Positions 9,867 to 24,237 of a DNA stretch of 64,000 nucleotides are shown here, piece after piece; the stretch's first letter is position 1, and each line of letters begins with the position of its first letter. The notes beneath the pieces were generated by a model. That model was not told the origin of the DNA, ran no database searches, and worked only from the letters and a program-made list of their open reading frames with translations. Source of the DNA: an uncultured Acidobacteriota bacterium (GTDB lineage: Bacteria > Acidobacteriota > Thermoanaerobaculia > UBA5066 > DATFVB01); the NCBI GenBank assembly GCA_963813155.1, contig CAWEYG010000003.1, positions 192,001 to 256,000 on the forward strand, read 5' to 3'. The position numbers were made by a program, and so were the translations under genes.

Positions 9867-10199
9867 ATGGCCTACGTGCCGGAACGCGGCGATGTCGTGT
9901 GGATCAGCCTGAATCCTCAAGCTGGTCACGAGCAGGCGGGACGCCGCCCCGCGGTCGTCGTCTCGCCGCGCGCGTATAACTCGAAAGTCGGCCTGGGCCT
10001 CTTCTGCCCAATTACGAGTCAGGCCAAGGGCTACCCGTTCGAGGTCGTCATTCCCGACGGTTTGCCGGTCCGGGGTGTCGTCCTGGCGGATCAGGTCAAG
10101 AGTCTGGATTGGCGCGCTCGTGAGGCCGAGTTCGCGGCCCGCCTTCCACCCGCCTCCCGTGCGGAAGTTGTGGGCAAGCTCGCGGTTCTGCTCGCGTAG
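9867..10199 (+). CDS. mazF: MazF/PemK endoribonuclease toxin
   Basis: YVPERGDVVW, GHEQAGRRPAVVVSP, KGYPFEV, LADQVKSLDWRAR. Confidence 0.95.
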   Translation: MAYVPERGDVVWISLNPQAGHEQAGRRPAVVVSPRAYNSKVGLGLFCPITSQAKGYPFEVVIPDGLPVRGVVLADQVKSLDWRAREAEFAARLPPASRAEVVGKLAVLLA

Positions 10200-10242
10200 C
10201 GCGTCGCCCGGCAGCGCGGGTCCTGTCGCGGGACTCGCTCCG

Positions 10243-10315
10243 CTTTTCCGCTCGCCGCGAGCCGGAGGACTCTGCTACACCCCGTCGCGAGCGGCAAAAG
10301 GGGGTCTCACCCCCC
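10243..10315. terminator. inverted repeats between convergent mazF and hydrolase genes (candidate bidirectional terminator)
   Basis: CTTTTCCGCTCGC(10243-55) pairs with GCGAGCGGCAAAAG(10287-300) with one bulge; a second GGGGGT-ctc-ACCCCC hairpin overlaps the hydrolase stop. Confidence 0.35.
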
Positions 10316-11241
10316 GATAAAGCCCAGGAGGTCTGCGTTCAAGCGGTCCCCGTGCGTGAGCATGAGCCCGTGGGGCGCGCCTTCGTAGACGACGAGGCGG
10401 CTGCCCGGGATCAGCGCGGCCGTCCTTCTCCCGGTGAGCTCGAGAGCCGCGGAGACGTCCTTGTCGCCATGAATGATCAGGCTCGGAAGGGAGATTCGAG
10501 GCAGCTCTTTTCGAAAATCGGTCTCCATGTCCGCGCGATTGCACTCGATCAGGGCTTTGAGCGAGGCCTGCAAGCACATGTCGACGCCCCATTGAACCAT
10601 TGCCGGCGAGGTTTCGGGGGTGAAGAACGGGCGCGCGTTGTCGGCCAGCCAGCTCGGGAAGTCCCTTCGCCACAGCGCGTGCAGCCGGTCGATGGCCGCC
10701 GGGTCCGCGCCCTGAGGATTATTCGGAGTCTTCAGCAGTAGCGGGAGGGTGGGCGCGACGAGCACGATGCGCGCGACCCGGCCCGGGCCGTTGCGCGTCA
10801 AATAGCGGGCGATGACGCCGCAGCCCATCGAGTGACCCACGAGAGTCGTTCCGCGCGCGTCAAAGTGCTCCAGTACCGCCGCCAGATCGTCGCTCAGGGT
10901 GTCGTAGTCGTAGCCCCTCCCCGGGTCGCTCGAGCGGCCGTGTCCCCGTTGGTCGTAGGCGATGCAGCGCAGGCCGCGATTGGCGAGATGGATCATCTGG
11001 TATTGCCAGAGATCGGAGTGCACGGCCCAGCTGTGAACGAAGAGAACGGGTCGGCCCTCTCCCATTCCTTGAGGAACAGCCGGGCTCCATCGACGGTGTC
11101 CATGTATGGCGCGCGAGGGGCGCGAACCTTCGCGGGAGGAGCGGCTCGGCGTTCCGCCCACGCAACCTTTCCACTGGCGGCGGCCAATCCCGCGCCGGCC
11201 GCGCCGTGAACGACCGACCTCAACACATCACGCCTGTTCAT
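10307..11241 (-). CDS. Tat-signal alpha/beta hydrolase, non-heme haloperoxidase/arylesterase family (frameshift near 11062)
   Basis: MNRRDVL twin-arginine peptide in ORF 10993-11241 joins GRPVLFVHSW, YDQRGHGRS, GHSMG, GDKD and GAPHG of ORF 10307-11161 if one G is restored. Confidence 0.85.
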
Positions 11242-11308
11242 GAGAAATTCCTTCCTGGCGCGTCATCCTGCGCAACTCGGAGGCTACGGAGTGGGTCACT
11301 GCGAGGCA

Positions 11309-11325
11309 ATTACCTGAGAGGTAAT
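11309..11325. promoter_or_regulatory. perfect palindrome, candidate operator of the XRE/MmyB regulator
   Basis: ATTACCT-GAG-AGGTAAT in the divergent intergenic region. Confidence 0.7.
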
Positions 11326-11361
11326 GGAGACGAGCGATATCGCGTGCTAGTGTCGCGCCGG

Positions 11362-14930
<3,569 letters not shown>

Positions 14931-14962
14931 AAAATGGTATCCTAGCCGCAGCGATTCATCGG

Positions 14963-15677
14963 ATGAAAAGGACTTTCTGCGCCCTCCTGCTTGCCGTTGT
15001 GCCCGTGTCGGCCGCGCGCGCGGGCGTTCACCTGACGGTCCGGCCCGGACGGAACGAAGGTGATTTACAACGACGACGTCGACAGCCGGCGCTATCGCCC
15101 GGTGCTGAGGAGCGACGGCTGGCTCGCTCAGCGGCTCAGCCGGCCGTGCGTCTACGACGGCCTGATTCGGGAAGCCGCGCTCGCGCACGAGATGGACCCG
15201 CAGCTCGTGAAGTCGGTCATGCTCGTCGAATCGGGATTCAACCCGTCGGCCCGCTCCCGCAAGGGCGCGCTCGGCCTCATGCAGCTCATGCCCGCGACGG
15301 CGCGAATGTACGGAGTCCAGAACGCCTTTGATGCGCGCGACAACATTTTCGGAGGAACGCGGTATCTCACCTACCTGCTGAACCTCTACCGAGGCGATCT
15401 CGAGAACACGCTCGCGGCGTACAACGCCGGGGAGGGCGCGGTCGAGAAGTATCGCGGCATTCCCCCGTACGACGAGACCCTTCTCTACGTCCACAAGACG
15501 CTGACGGCGTACTACGGAAAGCCGTACCTGAGCGGAGGCTTCGGGCGGGCGTTCACGAGCCGGTACCGGCTCCTGGCCGATCTTTCCCCAGGCAATCCCG
15601 TCCGAATGGTTCGCGACGCCGAGAACCGGGCGGTGCTCACGACCGACTTCCGCGCCGCGGACTCCCGCCGCAAGTAA
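14963..15677 (+). CDS. secreted lytic transglycosylase, SLT family (frameshift near 15045)
   Basis: Signal peptide MKRTFCALLLAVVPVSAARA; VES, GLMQLMP, AAYNAG and IPPYDET motifs. Confidence 0.88.
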
Positions 15678-15679
15678 GG

Positions 15680-16882
15680 GTGGCTCACACGCGGTACGAC
15701 GCGCCTCCCTTCGACCAGGGGCTCTTCCTGCTTCACCTGAACAAGGGCCGCGAAGCTCTTCGGCTCGGCAACACGGCTCTCGCGCGCACGGAGCTGGAGC
15801 TCGCCCAGGCGATCCGGCCGGACGACGAGGACGTGCTCAACCTTCTCTCGGTCGTGTACTTCAAGGCGGGCGAGATGGAATCGGCCGAGAAGATCACGCG
15901 GCGTCTCGTCGCGGAGAACGCGGAATCCGCGGTGCTGCACTCGAATCTGGGAGTGATCCTCGTCAAGCGCGGCGCGCTCGACGACGCGGAGGTCGAGCTC
16001 CGCCGGGCGATCGAGCTCCGGCCGGATCATTCGAAGAGCCACCTCTATCTCGGATTCATCTACCGGCAGTACGGCAAGCTCGGCCTCGCGCTCGAGCACT
16101 TTCGCTTCGCGGGCGCGGAGAAGCTCGTCGCCGAGCTGGGCGAACAGCTTCGCCGGTCGACGCGCGACAGCGGGGAGCTGCGCGCGATGGCCGCGGGGGA
16201 CTCTCCGCCGAAGAGCACGACGGCGAAGCTCGTCATTCCGAAAGAGTTCCGCGCGACCGCTCCCGCGCGTCCCGCGGCGGCGGAGACGGCCCGGCCCGAG
16301 GATCGCGGCGCCCGCCTCTTCCGCGTGCGGGATCATGGCGCCGTCGAGATCAATTTTCGAGGAGAGGTCCTCGTCCGGCGCGGCACGGTGGCCTCGTACG
16401 GGGGCCGTATCGGCTTCGCGGCGGATCCCAAGCTGGAGGGCACGAAAGCCGAGCCCCTGCTCCGCGCGTCGGGTCAGGGCACGATCTTTCTCGCGGACCG
16501 CGGACGCAAGCCGATGCTGATCGAGCTCAAGAACGAGTTCTTCTCGGCGGAAGGCTCCCGGATCCTCGCGATCGGGCCGACGCTGTCGTTCCGGTACGAG
16601 CCCGTCCACGACTTCCCCCGACGGCGCCGCGTCGACGTTCTCCGGATCTTCGGACGCGGAAGCCTCGTGCTCTCGCCGGCGCGCGACACGTTTTCGATTC
16701 CCGTGTCGGCGGAGTTTCCGCTGAACGTGTCCTCGCGCGACCTCATCGGCTGGACGGGGAACCTCGTGCCTTCGGTGCTTCCCGATCGGTTCCTCGACGA
16801 GGTGATGCTCCCCGACAGCGAGGACCCGCCGAAAATCCGGTTCGAGGGCGAAGGCACGGTCATCACGGAAGCCCCCGCTTGA
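15680..16882 (+). CDS. TPR + AIM24 (DUF124)-like domain protein
   Basis: N-terminal TPRs ([21 protein letters not shown]); beta-rich C-terminus with [23 protein letters not shown] repeats typical of AIM24. Confidence 0.75.
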   Translation: MAHTRYDAPPFDQGLFLLHLNKGREALRLGNTALARTELELAQAIRPDDEDVLNLLSVVYFKAGEMESAEKITRRLVAENAESAVLHSNLGVILVKRGALDDAEVELRRAIELRPDHSKSHLYLGFIYRQYGKLGLALEHFRFAGAEKLVAELGEQLRRSTRDSGELRAMAAGDSPPKSTTAKLVIPKEFRATAPARPAAAETARPEDRGARLFRVRDHGAVEINFRGEVLVRRGTVASYGGRIGFAADPKLEGTKAEPLLRASGQGTIFLADRGRKPMLIELKNEFFSAEGSRILAIGPTLSFRYEPVHDFPRRRRVDVLRIFGRGSLVLSPARDTFSIPVSAEFPLNVSSRDLIGWTGNLVPSVLPDRFLDEVMLPDSEDPPKIRFEGEGTVITEAPA

Positions 16883-17292
16883 CCGACCCGGAGCGGACCG
16901 AAAAACTTCGCACGTCCCTGAAAACCGGAATGGTCGGCTGCGGGAGCGTGTTGTTGTTCTTCCTCGTGATGGCGACCCTGATCGGCTCCCTCGTTTCCCG
17001 GCATCCCGACAGCTTCCGCCCCGTGCTCGCGAAGCTGTTCGACACGCTCGAGGACGGCCTCGCCCAGGACTTCGGCCCGGACGTCACGGCTGCCGATCGT
17101 GCGGCCTTCGCCGGGGCGCGGGATCATTTTCGCCGGGAATGGACCGCGAGCCGCCTGCCGGCCTCGGCGGCCGACCGCCTGCGGCGCCGCCTCATCTCGG
17201 ACTCGCGAAAGGGCCGGTTCGGCGCCGCGGAAGTCCGGTCGCTGACGAACTTCCTGAACAATCTGGCCTCGCCGGCCGCCCGCGCCGCGTGA
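16879..17292 (+). CDS. hypothetical membrane-anchored protein
   Basis: One N-terminal TM ([17 protein letters not shown]); 4-nt overlaps with both neighbours. Confidence 0.65.
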   Translation: MTDPERTEKLRTSLKTGMVGCGSVLLFFLVMATLIGSLVSRHPDSFRPVLAKLFDTLEDGLAQDFGPDVTAADRAAFAGARDHFRREWTASRLPASAADRLRRRLISDSRKGRFGAAEVRSLTNFLNNLASPAARAA

Positions 17293-19373
17293 AGGTCAAG
17301 AAAGTCCCCGGGCGAACGGCCCGCCCGGACTCGCCCGCGCGGGAGACGGACCGCCCGAGTTTCGCGGAGTCCCGCGCGCGAGCCGGCGGGATCTTCCGCG
17401 TCGTCTCGGAGTTCACGCCCCAGGGAGATCAGCCGGCCGCGATCGAAGCCCTCGTGGCGGGACTGCGCTCGGCGAAGCGGGACCAGGTCCTGCTCGGCGT
17501 GACGGGCTCGGGCAAGACGTTCACGATGGCGAAGGTCATCGAGGCCGTGAATCGCCCGACTCTCGTGCTGTCGCACAACAAGACGCTGGCTGCCCAGCTG
17601 TACCAGGAATTCCGAGGATTCTTCCCGGACAACTCGGTCGAGTATTTCGTGTCGTACTACGACTACTACCAGCCGGAAGCGTACGTTCCCCAGACGGACA
17701 CCTACATCGAGAAGGAGACTTCCCGAAACGAGGAGATCGACAAGCTGCGGCTCTCGGCGTCGAAGGCCCTCTTCGAGAGGCGCGACGTCATCGTCGTCGC
17801 GTCGGTGTCGTGCATCTACGGACTCGGAAGCCCCGAGTCGTACTACGACATGCTCGCGTTCCTGGAGGTGGGGGACACGGCGGGCATCCCGGCCCTCCTC
17901 AAGCGGCTCGTGGAGATGCAGTACGAGCGGACGAACGCCGACCTGGCCCGCGGGATGTTCCGCGTGCGCGGGGACGTCGTCGAGGTCGTTCCCGCCTACG
18001 AGGACACGGCCGTGCGCGTCGAGTTCTTCGGCGACGCGATCGAGAAGATCTCCCGGATCGACCCTCTCCGCGGAACGGTCCTCGCGCGCGTCCCGCGGCT
18101 CGCGATCTATCCCCGGACGTTCTACGCGACGCCCCGGAGCATCCTGGAGCTCGCGATCGCGGACATTCAGGTGGAGCTCGAGGAGCGGCTCGCGCAGCTC
18201 AACGCCGAAAACAAGAAGCTCGAAGCCCAGCGCCTGCACCAGAGGACGATGTTCGACATCGAAATGATCCGCGAGCTCGGGTTCTGCAACGGCATCGAGA
18301 ACTACTCGCGCCACCTCTCGCGCCGGCTTCCCGGCCAGCCGCCGCCGACGCTGCTCGACTACTTTCCCGACGACTTTCTCCTCATGGTCGACGAGTCGCA
18401 CGTCAGCGTGCCGCAGGTCCGCGGTATGTACTTCGGCGACCGCTCGCGCAAGCAGACGCTCGTGGATTTCGGCTTCCGGCTCCCGTCCGCCCTCGACAAC
18501 CGCCCGCTGACGTTCGACGAGTTCAACGAGAGGATCGGCCAGACGGTCTACGTCTCGGCGACGCCCGCGGCCTACGAGCTGGAGAGGGCGGGAGGCGAGG
18601 TCGTCGAGCAGCTGATCCGGCCGACGGGGCTGCCCGACCCGGAAATCGAGATCCGGCCGGTTCGGGGCCAGGTCGACGACCTGCTCGCCGTCGTTCGCGC
18701 CGCCGCCGAACGGTCGGAGCGCGTCATGGTGACGACGCTCACGAAGCGCATGGCCGAGGACCTGACGAATTACTTCACCGAGCTGGGAGTGCGCTGCCAG
18801 TACCTGCACTCCGACATCGAGACGCTCGAGCGCGTCCGCCTGATCGGGGAGTTTCGGAAGGGGAGCTTCGATTGCCTCGTCGGCATCAACCTTCTCCGCG
18901 AGGGCCTCGACATTCCGGAGGTCGCGGTCGTCGCGATCCTCGACGCCGACAAGGAAGGTTTCCTCCGCAGCACGACGTCGCTGATCCAGACGTCGGGCCG
19001 CGCCGCGCGAAATCTCGAGGGGCGGGTGATCTTCTACGCCGACGCGGTGACGGATTCGATGCGGCGAGCGATGGACGAGACGAAGAGGCGCCGCGAAATC
19101 CAGATCGCCTACAACACGGAGCACGGAATCGAGCCCGCGTCGATCGTGAAGAAGCTCGACTCTCCGCTCGTCGCGCTGTCGAACCTCGATTACCTGGAGC
19201 CGATGCAGATCCGCGAGCGCCCCGACCCCGCCCGCGAAGAGTCCCTCGCCCGCCGCGCCGCGTCCCTGGAAAAGGAAATGAAGGCCGCGGCCCGCGAGCT
19301 CGATTTCGAGCGCGCGGCGAAGCTGCGCGACGAGCTCAAGGCGATCCGGGAGATGGAGATTTTCCGGAGCTGA
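17289..19373 (+). CDS. uvrB: excinuclease ABC subunit B
   Basis: [43 protein letters not shown]-terminal UVR (FERAAKLRD). Confidence 0.97.
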   Translation: MKVKKVPGRTARPDSPARETDRPSFAESRARAGGIFRVVSEFTPQGDQPAAIEALVAGLRSAKRDQVLLGVTGSGKTFTMAKVIEAVNRPTLVLSHNKTLAAQLYQEFRGFFPDNSVEYFVSYYDYYQPEAYVPQTDTYIEKETSRNEEIDKLRLSASKALFERRDVIVVASVSCIYGLGSPESYYDMLAFLEVGDTAGIPALLKRLVEMQYERTNADLARGMFRVRGDVVEVVPAYEDTAVRVEFFGDAIEKISRIDPLRGTVLARVPRLAIYPRTFYATPRSILELAIADIQVELEERLAQLNAENKKLEAQRLHQRTMFDIEMIRELGFCNGIENYSRHLSRRLPGQPPPTLLDYFPDDFLLMVDESHVSVPQVRGMYFGDRSRKQTLVDFGFRLPSALDNRPLTFDEFNERIGQTVYVSATPAAYELERAGGEVVEQLIRPTGLPDPEIEIRPVRGQVDDLLAVVRAAAERSERVMVTTLTKRMAEDLTNYFTELGVRCQYLHSDIETLERVRLIGEFRKGSFDCLVGINLLREGLDIPEVAVVAILDADKEGFLRSTTSLIQTSGRAARNLEGRVIFYADAVTDSMRRAMDETKRRREIQIAYNTEHGIEPASIVKKLDSPLVALSNLDYLEPMQIRERPDPAREESLARRAASLEKEMKAAARELDFERAAKLRDELKAIREMEIFRS

Positions 19374-19380
19374 CGAGGGC

Positions 19381-19614
19381 TCAGGGCCGCGCAGAGTGGG
19401 GCGTGCGCGTCGGCTGGTTGCAGGCGCGGGTCAGGCCGAACGCGAGGAGAGCGACGGCGAGCCCGGCCACGACCCAGATCGTCGCGGTCTTCTTCTTCGA
19501 CAGGTCGGGTCGCGTGAAGAACCCCGTCCGAAAGATGTCCACCTGATTCTTGCAGTGCGGGCACTCGACGACGTCGTTTCCGATCGGGCGCAGGCAGAAG
19601 GGGCACTCTTTCAC
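19381..19614 (-). CDS. small zinc-ribbon membrane protein
   Basis: CPFC-x10-CPHC then a TM helix; GTG 8 nt after a TATGAT box (ORF track uses TTG at 19623). Confidence 0.65.
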   Translation of the reverse strand: MKECPFCLRPIGNDVVECPHCKNQVDIFRTGFFTRPDLSKKKTATIWVVAGLAVALLAFGLTRACNQPTRTPHSARP

Positions 19615-19659
19615 AGGCTCCAATCATACATATTCGCGCTTTCCGTTTATAATTTGAGC

Positions 19660-21465
19660 GTGACGGCGCCACATTCTCCAGCCGCTCCGGAGAACCTGCC
19701 GGACGCGCCCGGCGTCTATCTCTTCCGGAACTCGAACGAGCGCATCCTCTACGTGGGAAAGGCGCGTTCGCTCAAGAAACGGGTCCTCTCGTATTTCCAC
19801 AAGAACGTCGAGGACACCAAGACCCGGGCGCTCCTGGCGGACCAGCGGTCGGTCGAGACGATCGTGACGCGAACCGAGCTGGAAGCCCTCCTCCTGGAAA
19901 ACTCGCTCATCAAGAAGCACAAGCCGCGCTACAACGTGTGTCTCCGCGACGACAAGACCTATCCCTACATCAAGATCACGACGGGGGAAGAGTGGCCACG
20001 CGCCCTCGTGACGCGCCGCGTCCTCGACGACGGCCACTCCTATTTCGGGCCTTTCTGGGGCGGTCTCGCGCGCCGCACGATGAAGATGATCACCCGTCAT
20101 TTTCAGATCCGGACCTGTTCCATCGAGATCGACGGGCGCCTTCCGAGACCGTGTCTCTACTACGACCTCCACGCCTGCCTCGGACCGTGCGTGGCCGGCC
20201 TCACGACGAAGGAGGCCTACGCCGAGGCGGTTCGCGACGTCATCCTCTTCCTCCAGGGGAAGAACGCGGACCTCGAGCGGAGCCTTCGCCAGAAGATGGA
20301 GGCGGCGTCGGCGTCGGAGAATTTCGAGATGGCGGCCGCTTACCGCGACGCCCTGAAGACGGTCGAAGAGGTCGCCGAACGCCAGGTCGTGCAGCGGATG
20401 TCGGGCGAAGACACGGACACCTGGGGGCTCTACGAAAGCGACGGGGACGTCGCGGTGCAGATCCTCGTCGTGCGCGGCGGCACGATGGTCGACCGGCGCG
20501 AGCTGTTCTTCGAGAAAGCGGCGATCGTCGACCCGGCCGAGTCGCTCTCGAGCCTGCTTGCGCAATTCTACGAGCGGAACTCCTTTCTTCCCGAGGAGAT
20601 TCTCGTGCCGATCGACCTGCCGGACGCCGACCTGTTGGAGGAGTTCTTCTCGGGCAAGAAGGGCTCGCGCGTGGTCGTGCGACGGCCGCAGAGGGGGCCC
20701 GCCCACGACCGGCTCGAGATGGCCGCGACGAACGCGAGGAGCCGGCACGAGGCGCGTTTCCGGAAGGCCGCGACGGCGGAAGAGGAAGCCGTCTCCCGGC
20801 TCGCGCGCCTGCTCGAGATGCCCGCTCCCGTGCGCCGGATCGAGGGATTCGACATCTCGCACATCCAGGGCACGGACTCGTACGCGTCGATGGTCGTCTT
20901 CGAGGCGGGGAAGCCGAAGAAATCCGACTACCGTCTCTTTCGGATCCGCTCGCAGCGCCTTCTGGAGCCCGACGATTTTGCGTCGATGGCCGAGGCCGTG
21001 ACGCGCCGTTACTCGAGGCTCGCGGCGGAGAACCGCCCGATGCCCGACCTCGTCCTCGTCGATGGAGGCCGCGGCCAGCTGTCGGCCGCGCTGACCGCTC
21101 TGGACCGCATCGGCGTCAACGTCGCGGTCGCGGGGCTGGCGAAGAAAGAGGAAGAGATCTTCGTGCCGGGCCGGCCCGAGCCGATCCGCCTCTCCCGCCA
21201 CGACCCCGCGTTGAAGCTCGTCCAGCGGGTGCGCGACGAGGCGCATCGCTTCGCGATCGCCCGGCACCGCAAGACCCGGTCGAAGAACGCGCTGACGACC
21301 GACCTCCGGAGCATCCCGGGAGTCGGTCCGGCGAGGGCGCGCGCCCTGCTTCGCCAGTTCGGCTCCGTCGACGGAATGAAGAGCGCCCCGGCGGAGGAAA
21401 TCTCCCGGATCGTCGGGGCGAAGGCCGCGGACGCCGTTCTCATCCATCTTCACGGTGAAGCTTGA
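19660..21465 (+). CDS. uvrC: excinuclease ABC subunit C
   Basis: GIY-YIG (PGVYLF..ILYVGKA), KPRYN, Cys cluster, RIEGFDISH, VDGGRGQ, RDEAHRFA, HhH; TATAAT 6 nt upstream of the GTG. Confidence 0.97.
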   Translation: MTAPHSPAAPENLPDAPGVYLFRNSNERILYVGKARSLKKRVLSYFHKNVEDTKTRALLADQRSVETIVTRTELEALLLENSLIKKHKPRYNVCLRDDKTYPYIKITTGEEWPRALVTRRVLDDGHSYFGPFWGGLARRTMKMITRHFQIRTCSIEIDGRLPRPCLYYDLHACLGPCVAGLTTKEAYAEAVRDVILFLQGKNADLERSLRQKMEAASASENFEMAAAYRDALKTVEEVAERQVVQRMSGEDTDTWGLYESDGDVAVQILVVRGGTMVDRRELFFEKAAIVDPAESLSSLLAQFYERNSFLPEEILVPIDLPDADLLEEFFSGKKGSRVVVRRPQRGPAHDRLEMAATNARSRHEARFRKAATAEEEAVSRLARLLEMPAPVRRIEGFDISHIQGTDSYASMVVFEAGKPKKSDYRLFRIRSQRLLEPDDFASMAEAVTRRYSRLAAENRPMPDLVLVDGGRGQLSAALTALDRIGVNVAVAGLAKKEEEIFVPGRPEPIRLSRHDPALKLVQRVRDEAHRFAIARHRKTRSKNALTTDLRSIPGVGPARARALLRQFGSVDGMKSAPAEEISRIVGAKAADAVLIHLHGEA

Positions 21466-22973
21466 GGGAGGCGTTCGAGGCCGAGGGAGAGGTCGAGTCG
21501 CTCGATCTCCTCGCCGCCCTGTGCGCGCTCGGGCGCGAGGGGTCGACGGGAAGGGCGATTTTCTCCCGCGGGCCGGAGCGGGTCGTCTTCGTCGTCGAGA
21601 GGGGCGTTCTCGTCGACCTCGAGTCCCCGGGCGAGTCGTCGCCTCCCGAGGTCCTGATTCGAGGCGGGAAGCTCCAGCGCGAAACCTACGAAGCCCTCAT
21701 GATCCCGTCCGGGGAAGATCGGTTCGCCGTCGCGACGGCCTCCGGAGTCGTGTCGAAAAAGGAGGCGGCCTGGGGCCGCAAGATCTCCGCGATCGAGTCG
21801 CTCGCCAGCCTGCTTTCGTGGACCGACGGGTACTACGTTTTCGAGCCGCTCGCGCCCGAAATCTCGACCGGGTTCCGGCTGCCGATCGACAAGTGGATCC
21901 TCGAGCTTTTTCTCCGCTCGAACGACCGCGCGCTCGTCATGTCGCGCGTCGGGCCGACGGATCTCCCGCTGCTCAAGGCGGAATCCTTCGCGCCCGCGTT
22001 CGCGGCGCTCGGTCTCACGGCGGACGCGGACGCGGTCGCGTCGTTGATTGACGGCGAGCGCAGCGTCGAGGAAATCGTTCGCAAGTCCCGGGCGGACGAG
22101 TTTGCGGTGCTCAAGCTCCTCGCCGCGCTGATCTCGCTGCGCCTCGTCCGGCCCTCCTACGAGGCGCCCTTTCCCGAACCCGCGGAGGCGGCGCCGCCTC
22201 CGGCCGAAGAAGCGCCGGATCTTCCCGAGGAGTCCGTTGCCGAGCCGCCGAGTTCGGACCCGTTCGCGGAAATCGGAGAGGCGCCGGCCGCGGCCGAGCC
22301 AATCTCGATCCCCCTCTTTGCCCTCACCGCGCCGGAGGCGCCGATTTCCGCCGAGCCGTCGAGCGAGCCATTGGTTCTCGACCCGCCGGCGCGACCTCGG
22401 GGCCGCACCCGGCTCTGGCTTGCGCTGCTGTTCGCGGTCTTCGCGGCCGCGCTGTTCTGGAAGCTTCGCGCACGGGGACCGGCGGCTGTCCGGCCCATGC
22501 CACCCCCGAAAGCCGAGCAAAGGGCTCCCGCCCCGGCGCCGGCCTCTGCCCCCGCACCGCCGGACAGTCGAAAGTCGATCGTGGCGGTCACACCGCAACC
22601 GCTCCCCGCTCCGAAAGCGCCGCCCGAAGCGAGCGCGCGGCGACCGGCCGCCCCGTGGAAGCGCACGCTGGCCGCGAGCCGGCGAGCGTTCGAACATCCG
22701 GGAGGTTTCGCCTACGCGATCCAACTCGAGCTCGCCTGCGAGGAATCGACCGTGACGAAGGCCGTTCACGCCGACCCGTCCGGCCGCCAGATCTGGATCG
22801 TTCCTTACGACTTTCGGGGGCGAAGTTGCTACCGGGTTCTCTGGGGCAGGTACAAGACCCTTCCGAAGGCCAGGGACGCGAAGACCTCGGTGCCGGCGAT
22901 GTTTCTCCGGGGGGGCAACCGCCCGGCCGTGATCGCGCTGGCCGGCGCGGGGACTACGGAGGGCTCCCGATGA
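21462..22973 (+). CDS. DUF4388-like domain + Pro/Glu linker + TM + SPOR-like periplasmic domain protein
   Basis: STGRAIF..GVLV..LLSWTDGYYVFEP (DUF4388 pattern) and LIDGERSVEEI wHTH; TM LWLALLFAVFAAALFW; YAIQLE...YRVLWGRY...ARDA...VP resembling a DamX-type SPOR. Confidence 0.7.
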   Translation: MREAFEAEGEVESLDLLAALCALGREGSTGRAIFSRGPERVVFVVERGVLVDLESPGESSPPEVLIRGGKLQRETYEALMIPSGEDRFAVATASGVVSKKEAAWGRKISAIESLASLLSWTDGYYVFEPLAPEISTGFRLPIDKWILELFLRSNDRALVMSRVGPTDLPLLKAESFAPAFAALGLTADADAVASLIDGERSVEEIVRKSRADEFAVLKLLAALISLRLVRPSYEAPFPEPAEAAPPPAEEAPDLPEESVAEPPSSDPFAEIGEAPAAAEPISIPLFALTAPEAPISAEPSSEPLVLDPPARPRGRTRLWLALLFAVFAAALFWKLRARGPAAVRPMPPPKAEQRAPAPAPASAPAPPDSRKSIVAVTPQPLPAPKAPPEASARRPAAPWKRTLAASRRAFEHPGGFAYAIQLELACEESTVTKAVHADPSGRQIWIVPYDFRGRSCYRVLWGRYKTLPKARDAKTSVPAMFLRGGNRPAVIALAGAGTTEGSR

Positions 22974-24235
22974 GCGGGATGTCCGCGGCGGCCGGATCGG
23001 CCGGCAACCTCCGGGACCTTCCGCTTCCGGAGGTCTTGAAATCGATTCTCGCGAGCCGCGGGACGGGAACGCTGAGGATGAGCCGGCCGGGCGAGGAAAT
23101 TCGACTCTTTTTCGAATCGGGAGAGTTGCGAACGGCGATCTCGACCGCCGAAGGGCGCCGGCTCGGCGATTCCCTTCTGAGGGACGGAATCATTTCCGAG
23201 GAGGCGATGGACGCCGCGATCCGCGATTTTTCGTCCGAGGGCCACGGCCGTCTCGGAAAGCATCTCGTCGACAGCGGGCGGATCACGGAAGAGGCCCTCG
23301 AATCGGGGACGAGAAAACATTTCGAGGAAATCGCCCTGTCCGCGTTTTCGTGGCCCGAGGGCGACTTCGAGTTTCGCGTTTCCGGCGGCCGGCTCGATCC
23401 CATCGTCGCGTTTCCTCTCTCGCTTCCCGCCGTGTTGATGGTCGGAATCCGAAGGATCCCGGAGAGCGAGAAATTCGTCGAGCTGCTCGGGGACCTCGAC
23501 CGCTACGCGGCCGCGGTGGCGGCCTCCTTCGAGCACTACGAGGCGCTCCGCCTCGAGCCCGGAGAGGCCTATCTTCTTTCTCTCTGCGATGGAAAGACGA
23601 AAATCCGGTCGATCCTGCAGCTGTCGCCCTCGCGCCTCGCGGCGGCGAGGACGCTCTACGCGCTCGAATTCACGGGCCTCGTCGCGATGCTCGACGAGCC
23701 GGCACGCGCGGCCGAGACCGCGGAGCCGCGCGCCTCCGCGGTCTGGTCGGAGAGCGCGGCGCCGGACCTGGACGCCCGCGCCCGCGTGGCCCGCGGCGAC
23801 TACCTGGAGGCGAGGCGGCTGCTGGAGCGAAAGGACTTTTACGGCGCGATCGTTCTCCTTCGCGAGTGCGTTCGCCTGGCTCCGGAGAACTCCGAGTACC
23901 ACTTTCGGCTCGCGCGCGCGCTCGCGAAGAACGCGAGCTGGCGAACGAAGGCCGCCGAGCACTACAAAGTGGCCTTCAACCTCGATCCCTTTCGGGAGGA
24001 GCTCATGCACGATTATGCGGAGTTTCTCGAGGAGGAAGGGGATTGTCGGGCGGCGCAGACGATCGTCCGACGTCTCGTTCAGAAATATCCGGAGGACCCG
24101 CGCCATCGCGACCTGCTCGCGAAATGTGACGAGGCGGTGCGGGTCCGGGACGGAGATCCGGCGGGCGATGCGGGGGCGGGGGATTCGGAGAAGAGATCCC
24201 TGTTCTCCCGCCTCTGGGGCCGGCGCTCGCCCTAG
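22970..24235 (+). CDS. DUF4388 + TPR domain protein
   Basis: GNLRDLPLPEVL..TGTL..LFFESGEL..RLGDSL..FSWPEGDFEF; C-terminal TPRs (YHFRLARALAK). Confidence 0.8.
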   Translation: MSGMSAAAGSAGNLRDLPLPEVLKSILASRGTGTLRMSRPGEEIRLFFESGELRTAISTAEGRRLGDSLLRDGIISEEAMDAAIRDFSSEGHGRLGKHLVDSGRITEEALESGTRKHFEEIALSAFSWPEGDFEFRVSGGRLDPIVAFPLSLPAVLMVGIRRIPESEKFVELLGDLDRYAAAVAASFEHYEALRLEPGEAYLLSLCDGKTKIRSILQLSPSRLAAARTLYALEFTGLVAMLDEPARAAETAEPRASAVWSESAAPDLDARARVARGDYLEARRLLERKDFYGAIVLLRECVRLAPENSEYHFRLARALAKNASWRTKAAEHYKVAFNLDPFREELMHDYAEFLEEEGDCRAAQTIVRRLVQKYPEDPRHRDLLAKCDEAVRVRDGDPAGDAGAGDSEKRSLFSRLWGRRSP

Positions 24236-24237
24236 CG

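Noticed and set aside
17200-19660. LexA/SOS boxes upstream of uvrB and uvrC
   Set aside because: I saw no convincing CTGT-N8-ACAG, GAAC-N4-GTTC or GTTC-N7-GTTC match by eye
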